Shown: positions 58,304 through 64,000 of the stretch, piece after piece
Position numbering within the stretch: position 1 is the first letter of the stretch
Layout of the letters: the number at the start of each line of letters is the position of its first letter
Assembly: GCF_009914755.1 (NCBI RefSeq)
Contig: NC_060929.1
Length of the DNA stretch: 64,000 nt
Origin: the human T2T-CHM13v2.0 reference genome, Homo sapiens
Direction: 5' to 3' (one strand)
The notes under the pieces: model-generated
What the model was told of the DNA's origin: nothing
What the model saw: the letters and a program-made list of their open reading frames with translations, nothing else
Databases searched by the model: none
Position numbers and translations under genes: made by a program

Positions 58304-58987
58304 TGTGGAGAAAAAGGAATGCTTCTACACTGTTGGCAGGAGTGTAAATTAGTTCAACCATTGTGGAAGACAGTGTGGTGATTCCTCAAAGATCTAGAGG
58401 CAGAAATACCATTTGACCCAGCAATCCCATTGCTGGGTATATACACAAAGGAATATAAAACCTTCTATTATAAAGATACATGCATGTGTATGTTAATTGC
58501 TGCACTATTCACAATAGCAAAGACATAGAATTAACCTAAATGCCCATCAATATAGACTGTATAAAGAAAATGTGATCTATATACACCATGGAATACTATG
58601 CAGCCATAAAAAGGAATGAGATCATGTCTTTTACAAGGACATGGATGGAGCTGGAAGCCATTATCCTCAGCAAACTAACACAGGAACAGAAAACCAAACA
58701 CCACATTTCTCACTTATAAGTGGGAGCTGGACAATGAGAACACATGGACACATGGAGGGGAATAACATACACTGGGGCCTATTGGTGGTGTTGGGGGAGG
58801 GGGAGCATCAGGAAGAATGGTTAATGGACGCTGGACTTAATACCTAAGTGATGGGATGATATGTGCAGCAAACCACCATGACGCACATTTACCTCTGTAA
58901 CAAACCTGCGCATCCTGCACATGTACCCTGGAACTTAAAATAAAAGTTACAAAAAAAAGTATAAATAAAGAAATAAAATAAGTAAAA
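58304..58987 (+). mobile_element. L1PA10/11-like 3' fragment
   Basis: gtggagaaaaaggaa...gcatcaggaagaat...gtaccctggaacttaaaataaaag; A-rich tail. Confidence 0.92.
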
Positions 58988-59456
58988 ACCCCTTATGAAG
59001 TTGTTTCTGGCATTTCAACAGGTTGAACATCAAATTCTAGATCCATTGGTTGTGCTCATTTCTCTGATCACAGAATTAATTATTTTGATACCTTTCTTTA
59101 AATAACAGCATCATCAAAAGCTGCATATTTTGGCAATCACTTATAGATTCAATTATTGGTTACCTTTGATTGAACGAGTAACCAGAATGACAACAGCCAA
59201 GGTTGTTTTGTTCCTATTGCCTTTGTGAGCCTTTCCTGGGTTTTACATGGTGACATTCAAACTGGCCGTAACAAGGCAAGTACAGTTACTGTACCCATTG
59301 ACCATGGACTACTCTTACTTAGAAGCTGTTTTTGAGTAAATTCCAATGTGCTACCAAACTTTAATTAATCAATTTCCTGTTATATTTTTGCCAGCTATAT
59401 AAAAAAGGGATTAGAAATGCAAGTTTGAGCCACCTCCCTTAAAAATGCAATACAAG

Positions 59457-59814
<358 letters not shown>

Positions 59815-60464
59815 TCAAAATTATGAATATTAATTGTTTCATCCAGTACCTTATGTTCCTAAAATATTTTACAATCATGTTTAGTTAATCCTCATTAAAT
59901 CCCATTTAGGCATGCCAGCATTTATATTCTCATTTCATAAAGCGAGGTTCAGAAAAGGTAAATAATGGTATAAGTGGTTGAGCAAGCCAGTTGAAAAGTG
60001 AGATTGAAAGTCTGTGTAGCCATTCTCCTTTCAGCAGCTCACTGTCTTCCCTACAACATTTCCATGTTAAAGTGCTCCAGTGGACAAATTTTCTTTCCTG
60101 TATCTCCAGGGCCTTATTGGGCCCCAAAACCTTTATATTTGCTTGGTAATAGGTCTACTAAGTAATAAAAAACTTAACTTTGAAATGTTACTTAAGTTCT
60201 CTGTAATTCAAGTATCTTTGTTTTTTTGTTGTTGTTGTTTGTTTGTTTTTTTCTTAAAGTACTAGTCCCCAAAACTGAGAAGCTGCATCTAAGATAATTC
60301 TTGAATCAAACACTACTTTGCACTGTTGAAGTGGTAAGGGGCAGGAAGCCAAATAACAGGTCCGGGCCAAGGAAAAATTTATAGATGTGAGTGAAGTCAG
60401 TTTTCCCTATTCTGCTCTTTTTTTTCCTTTTTCTTCCCTCCCAACTATATCAATGTTTAACCAA

Positions 60465-60790
60465 CAAAATTTATTTATTCAACATACTGTTACTGGGAGC
60501 CTATTACGGGTCAGGCACTTCATGAAATACTGGAAATTCACAAGAATGAATAATAAATACACAACTCCTACACGGTGGTTCACAGCTTGGTAGGGGAGAT
60601 AGATACATAAACAAATAGCTCAGACTACAACGTGCTACAAAATGGCACTGAGGTAAGGGCAAACGGGTGGGAACACAGAGGAAGCAACAATTAACTCTGC
60701 CTGTGGGAAGCAGAGAATGGCTGCATTAGAAGGTCCCTCTAAGCTAGGTCTCTAGTGTGCAAGAGTTTGCCAAGGAGAGGAAACAGCACT
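60465..60790. mobile_element. L2 3'-end fragment
   Basis: atttatttattcaaca...gagcctattac..gtcaggcact...gggaacacagaggaag. Confidence 0.7.
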
Positions 60791-63107
60791 TTTAAGTGAC
60801 ATTCTTTGGAAGGAAGCTTACATTCTAACAGGATTCTAAATCGTAACTTGACATATTTAGTATTTTTTCTGAGTGACGGCCTTCTCTGCCACTTTCCCCA
60901 AATCACCATCTATGACTCGGCTGCAAATTATACATTTTTCTATTCTGCACCCTTAGTCTAAATACTAAGGGACCACGGAAACATCTGGTGGTGAAAAGAT
61001 AGATGAATTTGAAGTTGAGAGCCCCAAATTTAAGATCATTAACTGGGGAGAAGGAAGGGCTAGGAGAGAGACAGAGAGACAAAGAAATGGAAAGAAGATA
61101 CAAAAGGAAGAGACAAGAAATAAGCAGCAATTGGCATTAGTGTTCACAAAATAATTGTCTTGAGTGTGATCACCTTGAGGCCTTATGAAGTTATTGTATC
61201 AAAGGGATTAATGATTTCAAGAATGCTTTGTAAAATGAAGAAGCTACACAAGTAGATGCATGATTATGAAGAGTAAGCTTCAGCCTGTAATGGAGATGGG
61301 TTGCATTCTCCCAGGTCCAAATGCAGCTGTGTTCTTGGAGCTGCCCTGTCTGAAGAGGAGACAGAGATGAGACGAGGCCTGGGAAGATCTGAAAGAGCAT
61401 ATGTGTCCACGGGGTGTGACCTCCTTCAGCTCTGTTGCATTACAGAGAGCATTTCCTGTGCCAGCTCAGCCATAGCCTGCCTTTTCTACAGGATATCAAG
61501 CTCCAAGTTTACAGTTCCTATCAGGGAGTCTCTTTGTTTGAACAAAGGCTCATTTGTTAGGAAGTGTCACAGATCAGCGTGTATCAGATGCAAGATTGAA
61601 TGTCCCTCAAGCACAAAGACATGCAAAGCTATGCCAGGATACCAGCAATGGGGCTTTTCACCATGAGAAAACAGATGGTCAGAGTGAAAAAGGCCAGTCT
61701 TTATGGAAAAGAAATTCTTCCAACCAACCCCCACCCCTATGCCCCACTCCCTCTCTCCCCACTCCCTCTTTCACCCGTTGCACTGACAGGGAAACATTCG
61801 ATATGCTGCAACATCATCTGATGTTTGCATCCTTTTAATTAAACCAAGAGATCTGGAATAGGGATGCCCTTGTCTGTGCAGAGAAATGATTTCAAAAGGA
61901 AGATAATAGAACCTCTTTTTCTTCAGGCTTGCAAGAGGCTTGTGTGTAATTTGTCCTTTGCAAGAGCAATCAAAGATAACCGGTGCACAATTGATTACGG
62001 GCTTTGTGTCTTTTTAATTACTTGTTTCTACACACTGGTTTAGTTACATGCTGAAAGCAGATCCGTCTGAGTTCCCTCTAAGCTGTAGTGCTTTCTTTTG
62101 CTTACATGGTTTAATAATAAAGCTATTAGTAAGCTACCACCACATAGAACAATACTATCAAACTGGGTAGATCTTGAATCTTGCCTTTCTTTATTCTTCC
62201 GATAGACTATTAGATGTTTTCATGGAAAACAAGGTTAAAGAATACTACATCATTGCTTAGCTATAGAGAATTATTCTACAATTTCAGGAAGGTAAAGTCT
62301 TTGACATTCCGAAAGCAGAGTTCACAGGACAGAAAAGTTAGAATTAACACAGCAGGTTTTTAGTTTGTTTTTTTTTATTTTAATTAACAAATATAAGAAT
62401 AAATTCTCTCTCTCTTTTTAATGAACTCTAATCTATGGACTTATAAACTGAATTCCTTTGAAAACCCATAGAAAAAGATGAAAAGCTAGCATAGTGCATA
62501 GATCAAATTTATTATTGTTTGTATTCGATGCACAAAAAATGCTGTCAAAGCAGTAAATGCCAGATGAAAATATAGAAACAATTTTATTATTAAGTTTTCA
62601 ACCTAAAAGGTGAGACAGTAAAAAAGGAGTTTCATAATGATAGCCTGACTAACTAAACCTCTATGCTACCATTAACCTACTACTAATAGTAATGCTACTA
62701 TTAGTGCCCTAGAGAGAAAGAAAAGCTAAAGATTGTAACCACACAAAAGAAACACAGATGATTTCAGTATTTAGACTCTGTTACTATAGCTGCTGAAGTG
62801 GGAAATAAATGAAAAGCCTAACAAAATGTGTGATTCCTCACTAAGGATACTATATACAGAGACCCAGCCTTCTGCTTTATCACCTCCATAGACATGAGCT
62901 CCCTGAAAATGGGGAAACTACCCCAACCTCTGAAAAAATCTCTGAGTCTAGATCCCCACCCACTTGTCATGCTCTCAGACCCTTTATGGATTACTTGGGC
63001 CACGGCAATAGATTCCTCCTCATTTCTAGCCATGCTCCCTATTTTACAAGCACGTATCTGCCTATCAAGTGTTCAGTATGTGCTTGGCTGCCTGGAGAAT
63101 GCAGAAA

Positions 63108-63502
<395 letters not shown>

Positions 63503-64000
63503 TTACGCAGAGGAGAAGGAAATCCAGACACAAAGGGCAGAGAGATGAGACCTCACAGAGTATGTGGGACTTAAGCTGCGCTGAAATATAATGGGTATTG
63601 AACAGATTTGGGAAGGCAAAGAGCAGAGAGCATTGCAACATGGATTCATGAGGCAGTCATGGGTAGGGCAGGATGTAGACATGGAGAGAATGGAAAATGA
63701 AGAACTGTGGATAGGATCAGGCTGATTACAAAAAATTTTAATGCCAGACATCTTTTAAACAAATATTTATCTGGTATCTTCTGTATGATAACTGTTGACC
63801 TAACCACTGGAGATTATAAAAGGAAGAAGACATAGTCTCTACCTCCATGAAACTCACCATCAGATAGAAAAGAGAAACTGGTCATATCAAGCACCCAAAG
63901 TTATTATGTATCTGTATGCCATTCTAGCAGAACTTTATACTTACATTAATGCAATAGTATTATTTATTTATATGTTTATCTTATACCCAATATAATGTAT

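Noticed and set aside
61301-61666. Cys-rich 121-aa ORF in unique DNA
   Set aside because: Starts at a non-ATG codon, has no recognisable domain, and overlapping frames are similarly open.

Overview
Primate (very likely human) genomic DNA that is AT-rich, CpG-depleted and dominated by transposable-element fossils: several L1s (L1MA, L1PB, L1PA types), HAL1, 11 Alus, MIR/L2, MaLR LTRs, an LTR12 solo LTR, a decayed LTR16-type ERVL provirus and DNA transposons. I can support no protein-coding exon; the ORF track is explained by repeat remnants and chance ORFs. The most unusual structure is an LTR1-like solo LTR (41436-42245) flanked exactly by a ~259-bp direct duplication instead of a 4-bp target-site duplication (TSD). 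Other oddities are an L1 deletion patched by an inverted piece of another L1, three fold-back events in one L1PB, a probable 3' transduction, a retroposed 5' tRNA-Glu fragment, a tailless Alu, a 56-bp VNTR with hairpin units and a near-consensus AluYc1. Subfamily names come from recalled consensus motifs, not an alignment, and boundaries of old repeats are approximate.
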